Source of the DNA: a virus
Strand: one strand, 5' to 3'
IMG/VR virus record: IMGVR_UViG_3300037516_000306
Location: 49,563-113,562 of that record
Length of the DNA stretch: 64,000 bases
Of the stretch, positions 39,006 to 47,892 are shown in pieces. A model generated the notes under the pieces. It was not told the origin of the DNA, searched no databases, and was given only the letters and a program-made list of their open reading frames with translations. A program made the translations under genes and the position numbers. Numbering within the stretch: the first letter of the stretch is position 1; each line of letters begins with the position of its first letter.

Positions 39006-39404
39006 ATGATGAAATGTAAAACTTGTGGAAAGAATTCTGATAGCGACTATTGCTTTCAGCATAAACCCAGAAAACCATTATCAAGTGGGATAAAACCATC
39101 ATTAACTACAAAAAAGAAGGTTAGTGATGGAACTTCCTATCAAATGAGAGAAATGTTTCTGGATATATGGAAGAAGAAGCCACATAAATCAGAGGTGAGT
39201 GGTGTATATTTAGGGAAAGAACCTATGTCTACATACTTCCATCATATTTTAGCAAAAGAAAAATACCCAGAAGCTTGTTTAGATGAAGAAAATATTATAC
39301 TTTTGACACTTGAGGAGCATTCTAACGTTGAAAATGATATGTATAGATATGAGGAGGTTAACAATAGACGTAACCAATTAAACCTTAAATATGAAAGAAC
39401 CTAA
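39006..39404 (+). CDS. HNH-like/Zn-binding nuclease-like protein
   Basis: CKTCG..CFQH; FHHIL..ENIILL...EH. Confidence 0.5.
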   Translation: MMKCKTCGKNSDSDYCFQHKPRKPLSSGIKPSLTTKKKVSDGTSYQMREMFLDIWKKKPHKSEVSGVYLGKEPMSTYFHHILAKEKYPEACLDEENIILLTLEEHSNVENDMYRYEEVNNRRNQLNLKYERT

Positions 39405-40038
39405 CAGGGAACGTAAGAGTGACATTAAATATGCTGTCACACTTAATGAAGAACAGAAGCTCGCTAAACAGTTAATAATAGATAACCAAATAGTTATTGT
39501 TACTGGTAGAGCAGGAAGTGGTAAGTCCTTAGTATGTGCTCAAGCAGCTTTAGATTTCTTAATGAAGAAGCAATGTAACCACATCTATGTTACAAGAGCT
39601 ACAATCGAAGTGGGAAGTTCATTAGGGTTCTTACCTGGTGATTTAGAAGATAAGTTTAATCCATATCTTGAGGCCTTTCAAGAAAACTTAGAGAAATGTT
39701 ATGATAAAGTTAAGATTCAGGAGCTGGTTAAGGCAAAAAAAGTGGTCGCTTATCCTGTGCAGTTTATACGTGGTAAGACTATTGATGATGTGTTGGTGGT
39801 GGAAGAAGCACAGAACCTGTCAAAAGGGGAAATGCTCGCTATACTAACAAGACTTGGTAAAACTGGAAAGATTATTATCAACGGTGATAATGAACAGAAA
39901 GACATTAAGGAATCATACACTGGTCTATCATATGCTATAGATATTTCAAAAAAAATAGAAGGTATAGAATGGATCAAACTTAAAGCTAATCACAGAAGTG
40001 ATCTTGTAGGTAAAATATTAGATAACGAATACAATTAA
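39391..40038 (+). CDS. phoH: PhoH-family ATPase
   Basis: GRAGSGKS, LGFLPGD, IRGKT, EEAQN, LTRLG, GD..QKD, HRS. Confidence 0.92.
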   Translation: MKEPNRERKSDIKYAVTLNEEQKLAKQLIIDNQIVIVTGRAGSGKSLVCAQAALDFLMKKQCNHIYVTRATIEVGSSLGFLPGDLEDKFNPYLEAFQENLEKCYDKVKIQELVKAKKVVAYPVQFIRGKTIDDVLVVEEAQNLSKGEMLAILTRLGKTGKIIINGDNEQKDIKESYTGLSYAIDISKKIEGIEWIKLKANHRSDLVGKILDNEYN

Positions 40039-40042
40039 AATA

Positions 40043-40306
40043 ATGAGTATAGAAGTATTAAAATTTAGTGCAACATGGTGTGGCCCATGTAGAGTGTTAG
40101 CTAACACATTAAAAGATGTTGAAGGAATTACAGCTATTGATATAGAGAAAGATCAAGAAACTGCAAGAAAGTATGGAATCAGAAGTGTACCTACTCTTGT
40201 ATTCCTAAAAGATGGTAAAGAAGTACATAGACAATCTGGTAATATGCCATTGAGTATGTACGAGAACATCTTGAATGATATTAAATTTTCCAAAGAACTT
40301 AAATAA
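40043..40306 (+). CDS. trxA: Thioredoxin
   Basis: WCGPC, SVPT. Confidence 0.9.
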   Translation: MSIEVLKFSATWCGPCRVLANTLKDVEGITAIDIEKDQETARKYGIRSVPTLVFLKDGKEVHRQSGNMPLSMYENILNDIKFSKELK

Positions 40307-40320
40307 TTAAAACAACAAAT

Positions 40321-40596
40321 ATGAAAAACCAATTTTTTTACACAGCTACTATTAACAATAAGGAGTATATAGCTTCCTTAAATGTTAACAAGGTGATTAG
40401 AACCTTAGAGAATGATGCAGCAGGGCTTATTATCATTCTAGATGATTTCAATGAAAGAGTTACACAACAACCAGACATTGATATCAAGACTAACAAGATG
40501 AAGGGATTCAAGAGTGTTAGAGAAACAGTTCAGTCAGAGATTGAATTGAATGCAGAAGATGCAGAAAGATTTATTAAACTATTTGAAATTTTATAA
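40321..40596 (+). CDS. Hypothetical protein
   Basis: ORF track. Confidence 0.55.
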   Translation: MKNQFFYTATINNKEYIASLNVNKVIRTLENDAAGLIIILDDFNERVTQQPDIDIKTNKMKGFKSVRETVQSEIELNAEDAERFIKLFEIL

Positions 40597-40600
40597 AACC

Positions 40601-40882
40601 ATGGCTAAATTATTAGGAAACCGCATCTATTTAGAGATGCCAAAGAAAGAAGAGAGTAAGCTTATCGTAGATGAGAATACAAAAGAATCTCTAGAAAAAG
40701 AAATGTTAAAGAAAATGAACAAGCTTAAAGTTCACAGTGTTGGTACAGCTAACATGGATGTTAAAGTGGGTGATGTTGTTCTTGTAGATCCAGCAGCTTT
40801 ATCAAAAGCTCCATTAATCCCTTTATCAGATGATGAGCAAGTGTTACTTGTATCTCCATTTGATATTATTCAAATCTGGTAA
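40601..40882 (+). CDS. groES: GroES-like co-chaperonin
   Basis: LLGNRIYL, VHSVG, VKVGDVVL, DII; start ATG 40601. Confidence 0.65.
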   Translation: MAKLLGNRIYLEMPKKEESKLIVDENTKESLEKEMLKKMNKLKVHSVGTANMDVKVGDVVLVDPAALSKAPLIPLSDDEQVLLVSPFDIIQIW

Positions 40883-40883
40883 T

Positions 40884-41648
40884 ATGGAACAGAAAAAAGT
40901 AGGTATAGTAATTCTTGCAACTAACGCATACTTTGTGTTAGGTGTAAACTTTATGAGAAAGTTCTCGCATCATTATAAGGGTGATGCAAAGATCACTTTT
41001 TATTTCTTCTCAGACACAGACCCTAAAGAGTATATAACAGATGACATGGATGTGCAATATATACATCAGACACATGATACCTGGATGAATGCTACTAATT
41101 CTAAATTTATTAATATGCTGTCATTAGAAAACTGTGATAGTGACTATTTAATATATGTAGATGCAGATACTAGTGTATCTAAAGATTTTACTGAAGAATG
41201 GTTCATTGGTGATACTGTAGGACTAGAACATTTTGGAAACAATGGATGGATGAAAGACGTGAAGGGTTATGATAGAAATCCAAGATCTAAAGCTTATGTT
41301 CCTTATGACACTCAATTATTCCAGATGTATTATCATGGATGTTTGTTTGGAGGTAAGAAAGATAAGATGATGGAAGTGTGCAAAGTGCTACGTGATAATC
41401 AAATTGAAGACAAAAAGATTCCATACGAACCAGGAGTGAATGATGAGAGTTACATCAACCAGTATTATCACTACAATCCACCTACACTAACTGTATATTT
41501 AGACAAGTATATGTTTAATGTTAGTGATAAATGTGGAATTGAGCATAACAGAGATGTTAATTTCAGTGTAGAGGATTTGAAAAAAGAGATGTTAGCTAAT
41601 AGAAACAACTTATATGACTTACAAAATGGTAAGTTAATAGTGAGATGA
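40884..41648 (+). CDS. Glycosyltransferase, GT6-like (ABO/alpha-1,3-Gal transferase family)
   Basis: IVILATNAY, YFFSD, DADT (DxD), DRNPRSKAYVP, YYHGCLFGG, NDESYINQY; start ATG 40884. Confidence 0.8.
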   Translation: MEQKKVGIVILATNAYFVLGVNFMRKFSHHYKGDAKITFYFFSDTDPKEYITDDMDVQYIHQTHDTWMNATNSKFINMLSLENCDSDYLIYVDADTSVSKDFTEEWFIGDTVGLEHFGNNGWMKDVKGYDRNPRSKAYVPYDTQLFQMYYHGCLFGGKKDKMMEVCKVLRDNQIEDKKIPYEPGVNDESYINQYYHYNPPTLTVYLDKYMFNVSDKCGIEHNRDVNFSVEDLKKEMLANRNNLYDLQNGKLIVR

Positions 41649-42958
41649 TATCAAGTTATAGAACTATAGATAATGGTACTAGTATAGAGTATAAAAACTT
41701 ATATTCTATACAGGGTACCATTTATTTTTTAGCACTAGATGATGTAGATTTACCATACGTAAAGAAGTTTACTATATCATATCATTGGAAACCAACTGTC
41801 ATGAAGTTTAATTCTGAAGAAGAGCTTAATGCTTATGTTCAGAACTTACATAATGTGACAAGTATAGATCTATCAGTGCTATCTGACAACTTATGGTATG
41901 GAAATGTAGGACATGGATTATTTGATTGTCTTTATCCTATCTACTTATCACTATTGAAGTTTGGATATGTAGATGAACCATTCACTTATCTTTCTACAGA
42001 TTGGTCTTGGAGAGAGAACATGATGTATGATACAATCAAAGCATTTACTAAACAAGACTTATTAGAATACCCAAAGCTAGATAAAGACTATCATTTTAAA
42101 ACGTTAATTGCAGGAACAGAACCTGCAGGTAATAGAGTACAGAATAAAGAAGTCTTTATATATGGTAAGGAGTGGGATGGTTTACAGCAGTTCAAAAGAA
42201 GAATTTTTGAAGTGCACAACATTGCTATTGATAAACCTATCAATGAGATTCCCAAAGTTATAGTTATTAACAACAAACGTTTTGATCATAATAATCTAGA
42301 AGTAATAAATACAGTGGTTAAACGTATGTCTAGTGTATGTGATATAAAGTTTGTCGATTGGTATCATGACTACAGACGTTCTGGAAATCCAAAATTTGTA
42401 GATCAGATGAGAGATTTCCAAGATGTAGATATACAAGTAACTTCACCTGGAACAGCAATAATGTATTTACCACTAATGAAGAAAGGAGCAGTGAGTGTTA
42501 ACCTTGGATTCATAGAGCATACACAAACCAATGGTGTTAGAGGAAATCTTAAGATATTAGAATCTAAACATGCAGATCATTTAATTCCTGCATATATGGA
42601 ACAACCTATATGTGCTGGAACTTATTATGTTACATCGTTATATTACGATAGATATAAACATAATAATTTAGAAGTTGAGCCCCTAATAGATATAATCAAT
42701 GAGGCAATTCAAACACTTAAGTCTGGACAAATTACTGAAGGTAATGTAGCAAAAGATGGTGAAGTGTTTAGAGAGTATTGTAAAAGAGCACAAGATGGTG
42801 ATGCGTTATGTAAATTCTTAACAGAAGCATCTTTACATGTTGAATTCTTTGTTAATGAACATCCTTATGCAATGCTACCTAGTACAGACATAGAATTACT
42901 TAGATTAATAAAAAATGAATTAAATTATGACAGAAATTACGAAATCCACTTGGACTAA
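41645..42958 (+). CDS. Glycosyltransferase, GT61-like
   Basis: NVGHGLFD, FVDQMRDFQDVDIQVTSPGTA resembling GT61 Q..F...D.....HGA motif; ATGA-coupled to GT6. Confidence 0.55.
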   Translation: MISSYRTIDNGTSIEYKNLYSIQGTIYFLALDDVDLPYVKKFTISYHWKPTVMKFNSEEELNAYVQNLHNVTSIDLSVLSDNLWYGNVGHGLFDCLYPIYLSLLKFGYVDEPFTYLSTDWSWRENMMYDTIKAFTKQDLLEYPKLDKDYHFKTLIAGTEPAGNRVQNKEVFIYGKEWDGLQQFKRRIFEVHNIAIDKPINEIPKVIVINNKRFDHNNLEVINTVVKRMSSVCDIKFVDWYHDYRRSGNPKFVDQMRDFQDVDIQVTSPGTAIMYLPLMKKGAVSVNLGFIEHTQTNGVRGNLKILESKHADHLIPAYMEQPICAGTYYVTSLYYDRYKHNNLEVEPLIDIINEAIQTLKSGQITEGNVAKDGEVFREYCKRAQDGDALCKFLTEASLHVEFFVNEHPYAMLPSTDIELLRLIKNELNYDRNYEIHLD

Positions 42959-43583
42959 TACTGTAGGAGGTATTGAATTAACATTCGAAGACATAGCTAC
43001 ATCAAACACTGTACCTTTTGTTTTTGGAGAACTAATATCAGATTATTATGGATTAGAAAAAATCCAGTTATCTGAGAACGATATTGTTTTAGATATAGGT
43101 GCTAACGTAGGAATGTTTTCTATATACGCAAAGAAAAAGTTTGGATGTAGAGTTATTGCATTTGAACCAGTGCTATCTAACTTTGAGCAGTTTCAGAAGA
43201 ACATCATCTTAAATGGTTTATCTCTATCAGATATTGAGCTACACAATACAGCTATAACAGATGTAGAAGGTGGTGAGATTAAAATAGGTACTCCAAAAGA
43301 TAATACAGGAGGATCTTCTGCATTCTACCATACACATGATATGCCTATATGCAAGACAGAAACAATTAACAAGTACATAACAGAAGGTTGTGTGTACTTA
43401 AAGATAGATTGTGAAGGAGGGGAATATGCTATCATCCCTACAATATTAGATAAGCTTAATCAGTTTAAATATATAGGAATTGAATATCATAAATTCTCTG
43501 CAGAACAAGATCCAATAGCTTTACATAAGTCAATAGAATCTGCATTCAATGGAGAGATATTCTACAAAGAATATGGTACATAA
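42927..43583 (+). CDS. FkbM-family SAM methyltransferase
   Basis: VLDIGANVG, IAFEP, LKIDCEGGE, IEYH. Confidence 0.9.
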   Translation: MTEITKSTWTNTVGGIELTFEDIATSNTVPFVFGELISDYYGLEKIQLSENDIVLDIGANVGMFSIYAKKKFGCRVIAFEPVLSNFEQFQKNIILNGLSLSDIELHNTAITDVEGGEIKIGTPKDNTGGSSAFYHTHDMPICKTETINKYITEGCVYLKIDCEGGEYAIIPTILDKLNQFKYIGIEYHKFSAEQDPIALHKSIESAFNGEIFYKEYGT

Positions 43584-43610
43584 AAAAAGCCCCAATCAAG
43601 GGGCTTTATT
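43582..43610. terminator. Bidirectional terminator at convergent gene junction
   Basis: AAAAAAAGCCCC-AATCAA-GGGGCTTT. Confidence 0.75.
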
Positions 43611-43758
43611 ATTTTGATATTCTTTTCTTTTTAAATAAAGGTCTTTTTGTACCTTCACTTCCAGCTTCCTTCATATAATTCCCATTGATTGGGTTAGGAG
43701 GAGCTACCTTAGGAGCCATTCTAGGCTTACCACTCTTCTTAGCTTTGCCAGAAGTCAT
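43609..43758 (-). CDS. 49-aa basic peptide
   Basis: MTSGKAKKSGKPRMAPKVAPPNPINGNYMKEAGSEGTKRPLFKKKRISK. Confidence 0.5.
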   Translation of the reverse strand: MTSGKAKKSGKPRMAPKVAPPNPINGNYMKEAGSEGTKRPLFKKKRISK

Positions 43759-43762
43759 TGAT

Positions 43763-44440
43763 TTACTTGCAGCCATACTTGCATTTTTTCATTGATCCAC
43801 CAGATTTCATAGTTTGTTTTTTAGGTGCTAATTTATCAATACGTTTTTTTAATTGCTCTTTTTTTGATTTAATTAATTTTTCTCCAGTCTGAGCTTTCAT
43901 AGTACCACCAGACTTCATATTGAACTGAACATCACCATTCATTCTAGGATTTTCTGCTCCTCTTGCATTTCTTCTATTACTAATTCTATTAGCTACTTTA
44001 TTAGCTCGTTCTCTAGAAGTTTCATTAATTCTAGTAACTCTTTCATATTGACGTTTATTAAGATTTCTTGGAACAACGTTATTTCCATCTTGAGCTTTTT
44101 TCATTTTACCACCAGATTTAGCTGTTTTAGGAAGAACACCTCTTCCAATTAATACATCTTTAAAAGTGGTTTTACCATCTTTGTTAAGATCAAACTTAGC
44201 ACCAGATTTAGCTTTCTTCATAGTACCACCAGATTTCATACCAGTTAACTCTTTAATTTTTTTCTTTGCAACTCCATATCCACCAAGAGTAGAAAGATTA
44301 AGAGCTGTTTCACCAGCATCTTTAACATCTCTTAATGTTAAGTCTCCAATTCTTTCAGAAGCACTCTTAGATTTTTTTGGTTTAGTTGTAACAGTAGTTT
44401 TCTTTTCTACTACCTTAACAGGTTTTTTAGGTTGTAACAT
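43763..44440 (-). CDS. Lys-rich protein with four KSGG repeats
   Basis: MKSGGTMKKAKSG, AKSGGKMKKAQDG, MKSGGTMKAQTG, MKSGGSMKK; EF-hand-like DLNKDGK. Confidence 0.7.
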   Translation of the reverse strand: MLQPKKPVKVVEKKTTVTTKPKKSKSASERIGDLTLRDVKDAGETALNLSTLGGYGVAKKKIKELTGMKSGGTMKKAKSGAKFDLNKDGKTTFKDVLIGRGVLPKTAKSGGKMKKAQDGNNVVPRNLNKRQYERVTRINETSRERANKVANRISNRRNARGAENPRMNGDVQFNMKSGGTMKAQTGEKLIKSKKEQLKKRIDKLAPKKQTMKSGGSMKKCKYGCK

Positions 44441-44459
44441 GATTATATATTTTTAAGGG

Positions 44460-44738
44460 TTAACAGTTCCACTTACGTAGACTTTTATTGATTCTTGAGT
44501 TAGGATCTTTTGCTGTCTTAGCACTAGTAAGCTTCTTCTTCATACCAGACATTCTACTGCAGAAAGACTTACGTCTACCAGCAGCTTTACTTCCAGGTTT
44601 AAGCTTAGAAGGTTTAGTGGTTACAGCTGTTTTAAGTTTGCTACCAGGGTTAGCTTTTCTATATGAAGCCACACCTTTAGCATTTAGTCCTCCAGAAGGA
44701 TTCTTTCCTTCTTTTCTTTGCCATGCTGCACTTGCCAT
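44460..44738 (-). CDS. Basic phage protein (DUF6321-like)
   Basis: AWQRKEGKNPSGGLNAKG, RRKSFCSRM, SLRKWNC. Confidence 0.7.
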   Translation of the reverse strand: MASAAWQRKEGKNPSGGLNAKGVASYRKANPGSKLKTAVTTKPSKLKPGSKAAGRRKSFCSRMSGMKKKLTSAKTAKDPNSRINKSLRKWNC

Positions 44739-45262
44739 TATTTCTTAGATTTAGCTTTAATTTTCTTCTCTTGTACTAACATTTGTTTAGTAGGTTTTTT
44801 TCCACTACCTTTATTAGCTCTTATGTTATCCCATAATCCACGTTTAGAATATGAACCATCAGCACGCTTTAACATACCGCCATTCTTTTTTGCTGTTCTT
44901 AAAGAATCAGCTGGACGAGTTAGAGCTTTATCATTTGCTAATTCTTGAGCAAAATTCATATTAGGAGAAAGAGCTTCATATGTTGCATTTCTACCACCTA
45001 CATTTTTAGTAACTTGAGCTTTATAATTTTTTCCTTCTTTAAAGAATTTTACTCCTATAGGATTAGTAGTCTTTGTTGTTGTTGTTGAAGCAGCTCCAGA
45101 TTTAGCTTTCTTTATCTTACCACCAGATTTTAATGTGCTTCCTTTAAATGGACCTTTCTTCTTAATAAGAGGACCATTAGGAACAGGTGTTATCTTACCA
45201 CCCTGTTTTAATACACCAGGGCCTACATAAGCTACAGCTTTTTGAGGATTTAACTTAGACAT
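44738..45262 (-). CDS. Lys-rich protein with KxGG repeats
   Basis: LKQGGKI, LKSGGKIKKAKSG, KKNGGML. Confidence 0.65.
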   Translation of the reverse strand: MSKLNPQKAVAYVGPGVLKQGGKITPVPNGPLIKKKGPFKGSTLKSGGKIKKAKSGAASTTTTKTTNPIGVKFFKEGKNYKAQVTKNVGGRNATYEALSPNMNFAQELANDKALTRPADSLRTAKKNGGMLKRADGSYSKRGLWDNIRANKGSGKKPTKQMLVQEKKIKAKSKK

Positions 45263-45864
45263 TATTTCTTTTTATTAGATTTAGCAATCTTCTTGAATGT
45301 TTTAGCAAGAGCTTTAGCTCTACCAGTACAACCAGGTTTAGTGATTGGTGTACATTTACCAGCAGTACCACGCTTCTTAATAGAAGCTGCAGCTTTCTGC
45401 ATCCACATACCATCTTTAGCTTTTGATACAGTTGCTCCTGATTTAGCTTTCTTAACTGTACCACCTGCACGTTTAGAACATGCTCCTCCTTTACAAGGAG
45501 ATTTAGGTCCATTATCTTTAGCCCAAAAAGTTCTTTCACTTTTAGGTTCAGGATTGTTACGAGCATTTTTCATCCCTCTTTCTGATTCAGCATTCATCCA
45601 TTCATCAAAACTCAAACCAGGTTTTTGGAATCCTTTTGAAGGATCTTTAACATAACTGTTATAACTACCTAATTGTACAGCTCTAACATTTTCTCTTTTT
45701 GTTTTAGGAACACTTGTTAAACGTGTTTTATCTGAAGAAGTAAGTTCACGAGCAATTGGCTTCATCTCTACTGTAGTTCCAGCTGGAGTAAGTGTTGATA
45801 CAGATTTTACAGGAACTCTTTTACCAGTCTGTGCTTTCTTAATAGGTTTCTTAACAGTAGCCAT
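45262..45864 (-). CDS. Lys-rich protein with KKAQ/xGG motifs
   Basis: KKAQTG, KRAGGTVKKAKSG, KAKDG. Confidence 0.65.
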   Translation of the reverse strand: MATVKKPIKKAQTGKRVPVKSVSTLTPAGTTVEMKPIARELTSSDKTRLTSVPKTKRENVRAVQLGSYNSYVKDPSKGFQKPGLSFDEWMNAESERGMKNARNNPEPKSERTFWAKDNGPKSPCKGGACSKRAGGTVKKAKSGATVSKAKDGMWMQKAAASIKKRGTAGKCTPITKPGCTGRAKALAKTFKKIAKSNKKK

Positions 45865-45866
45865 GA

Positions 45867-46193
45867 TTACTTCTTTTTAGACATCTTGGTAGCACCAAGT
45901 TGTTTGTCTGCTGTAAGCTTAGCTTTACCTTTAGCACCAGCTAATGTTTTCTTTTGTACTTTAGTCCAAGCACCTTTAGGATCGATGCCCTTATCTCTTT
46001 TATTAGAAGCTGTAAGTCCAGTTAAAGAACCACCGTTCTTCATTTTCTTTTTAAGAGGTGCTAATGTAGTAATTCCTCTTTTTAATTTTTCATTTTCAGT
46101 TAATTGAAGTCCTCCTTTTTTAAGATTATCTTCTTTAGCTTTTTTAACTGGATTAGTTTGATAACTGTTCTGTGCTTTTTTAATTGTTGCCAT
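45867..46193 (-). CDS. Lys-rich protein
   Basis: MATIKKAQ, MKNGGSL. Confidence 0.6.
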   Translation of the reverse strand: MATIKKAQNSYQTNPVKKAKEDNLKKGGLQLTENEKLKRGITTLAPLKKKMKNGGSLTGLTASNKRDKGIDPKGAWTKVQKKTLAGAKGKAKLTADKQLGATKMSKKK

Positions 46194-46383
46194 AGCGTTT
46201 AAATGTTATATTGGGTTTAACAATAATTTGTGAGTGAGTGTATTGCCACATCTCACCTGTTTGATTAAGTATAATTGTATAGATGGTATCTGTTTCATGA
46301 CCATAATCAGTCACAAAAAGAATCACACCATCTCCCTTGGGTGTTGTAACATCTATTCTATTCTTTGGTTCGTATATTCTCAT
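46180..46383 (-). CDS. Hypothetical protein
   Basis: ORF track. Confidence 0.55.
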   Translation of the reverse strand: MRIYEPKNRIDVTTPKGDGVILFVTDYGHETDTIYTIILNQTGEMWQYTHSQIIVKPNITFKRYGNN

Positions 46384-46440
46384 AGAGAAGTGCTTTTGTT
46401 CGAGAACACCTGTTTTTCGTCACCCAACAGGTATGTTGAT

Positions 46441-46689
46441 TTAAAGATCTTTAGAAGAAACTTCTTCTATAGGAGCTTCTGCTTCTTTAATGGTATCATT
46501 TTCAACACCCTCAATCATCAATTTCTCAATAACTTCGTTAGCTTGCATCATTAATTGAAACCTCGCAGCTTCTTCTGATGATAAATAAGCTCTAACTGTG
46601 TTTAGAAATAATCCAAACTGTTGCCCTGTTAATGTGAATGAATCTTCAGGAGTCCAAGTGTACCTTTTTGCAGGATCGTACTGTGCCAT
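46441..46689 (-). CDS. Hypothetical protein
   Basis: ORF track. Confidence 0.6.
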   Translation of the reverse strand: MAQYDPAKRYTWTPEDSFTLTGQQFGLFLNTVRAYLSSEEAARFQLMMQANEVIEKLMIEGVENDTIKEAEAPIEEVSSKDL

Positions 46690-46736
46690 AATGTAAATTG
46701 TTTTTTGATTTATGTAACAAATTTAGTATATATTTG

Positions 46737-47024
46737 TTACATATCCAAATTTATTTCAAATGTTATTACACTTGTTGTTTTAATACTCTTACTCATATCA
46801 AGTTTGATATGGAATAGATTACAGAACTTAAGTATTTCTTCTATAAGCATATTGTTATATTTAGGAAGACTTGCTGCTATTCTAAATCTATAACTATCAG
46901 AGTTCTTTGTAATCTCTAGACTACATAATTCATCAACAGAAGATATTACACCTTCCAAGTGTGCAAGAAAAACTTCATCGTTATCTTGCATCACTCTAGG
47001 AAAATGTTTTCTGTTTATCTCCAT
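46737..47024 (-). CDS. Hypothetical protein
   Basis: Coupled ORF. Confidence 0.55.
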   Translation of the reverse strand: MEINRKHFPRVMQDNDEVFLAHLEGVISSVDELCSLEITKNSDSYRFRIAASLPKYNNMLIEEILKFCNLFHIKLDMSKSIKTTSVITFEINLDM

Positions 47025-47437
47025 TATGACAATGTTAATAGATATTTAGTTTTTGCTGCTTCTCCTGATAGTGCATCAGCTAAGTTGCACACATCGTGGA
47101 AGCTATTCTTCTCACCATACATCTTTAAAGCAGATGCAAAAGACATAAGATCTGATACACATTGCTCAGGTTTGCAGTTGGTAAGAGGTTCAATCTTATA
47201 AATACCAGGTCTTTTTCCTGTATATCCCATGATCTTCTCAACAACACCATCTTTGAAATCTTGCACATATTCATACAATTTTCCAAGAGCTTTATGTTCT
47301 GCATATGAAGTTGATTGCCAATGTAACAGATGTAACTGCTCATGAAAGTAAGTAAGCTTAGCAGCAATACTTTCTAACGTTAAGCCTTCAGATGATGATT
47401 TCATCATATCATCTGGAAATAGAGATTTTACTGCCAT
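47024..47437 (-). CDS. Ferritin/Dps-like protein (DUF5856-like)
   Basis: LHLLHWQ..SYAEHKALGKLYE, D..VE..MG, KYLLTL. Confidence 0.75.
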   Translation of the reverse strand: MAVKSLFPDDMMKSSSEGLTLESIAAKLTYFHEQLHLLHWQSTSYAEHKALGKLYEYVQDFKDGVVEKIMGYTGKRPGIYKIEPLTNCKPEQCVSDLMSFASALKMYGEKNSFHDVCNLADALSGEAAKTKYLLTLS

Positions 47438-47442
47438 GATTA

Positions 47443-47676
47443 TTAAACTGTTGTAGTTGTAGTTGTGGTAGGTGCTACCGTAGTACTAGTTGTAGTAGTA
47501 GGAGCAGCTGTTGTTGTTGTTGTTGTTGTGTAATTACAACACTCTTTAGCATCTATTTCTTGATAGTTACCAACCTTTGGTTTAAATGCTTGTACAATTA
47601 AACTACTTGGTATAATACGTCCTGAACCATCAAAACGTACAAAAGCTTTTAGCTTGTTATTATTATTACTTCTCAT
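47443..47676 (-). CDS. Tag-A + poly-Thr micro-protein (77 aa)
   Basis: MRSNNNNKLKAFVRFDGSGRIIPSSLIVQAFKPKVGNYQEIDAKECC followed by Thr-rich tail; start ATG 47676. Confidence 0.75.
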   Translation of the reverse strand: MRSNNNNKLKAFVRFDGSGRIIPSSLIVQAFKPKVGNYQEIDAKECCNYTTTTTTTAAPTTTTSTTVAPTTTTTTTV

Positions 47677-47678
47677 GA

Positions 47679-47858
47679 TTACGCAGGTGTTGTGGTTGTT
47701 GTTGTTGTGGTAAGGAAACAGCACTCATATGCTTGTATCTCTTTCCATTTTCCTACTTTTGGCTTATTTTTTCTGAGGATTAAGCTTCCTGCAACTATTC
47801 TGCCAGATCCATCGAATCTAACATAAGCCTTTAAAGGTCTTGAATTAATGCTTCCCAT
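47679..47858 (-). CDS. Tag-A + poly-Thr micro-protein (59 aa), not in ORF track
   Basis: MGSINSRPLKAYVRFDGSGRIVAGSLILRKNKPKVGKWKEIQAYECCFLTTTTTTTTPA. Confidence 0.75.
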   Translation of the reverse strand: MGSINSRPLKAYVRFDGSGRIVAGSLILRKNKPKVGKWKEIQAYECCFLTTTTTTTTPA

Positions 47859-47892
47859 TTCTTTTTTTTAATTTATGGTTAATAGTTTAGGT

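Noticed and set aside
40884-43583. GT cassette as a T4-like DNA hypermodification system
   Set aside because: No base-modifying enzymes (hydroxymethylase, TET/JBP) are visible in the window and the GT motifs fit glycan/protein-acting families; not fully excluded
47443-47724. ORF-track start at 47724 (MLFPYHNNNN)
   Set aside because: It is an out-of-frame read of the upstream 59-aa paralog; the real start is ATG 47676
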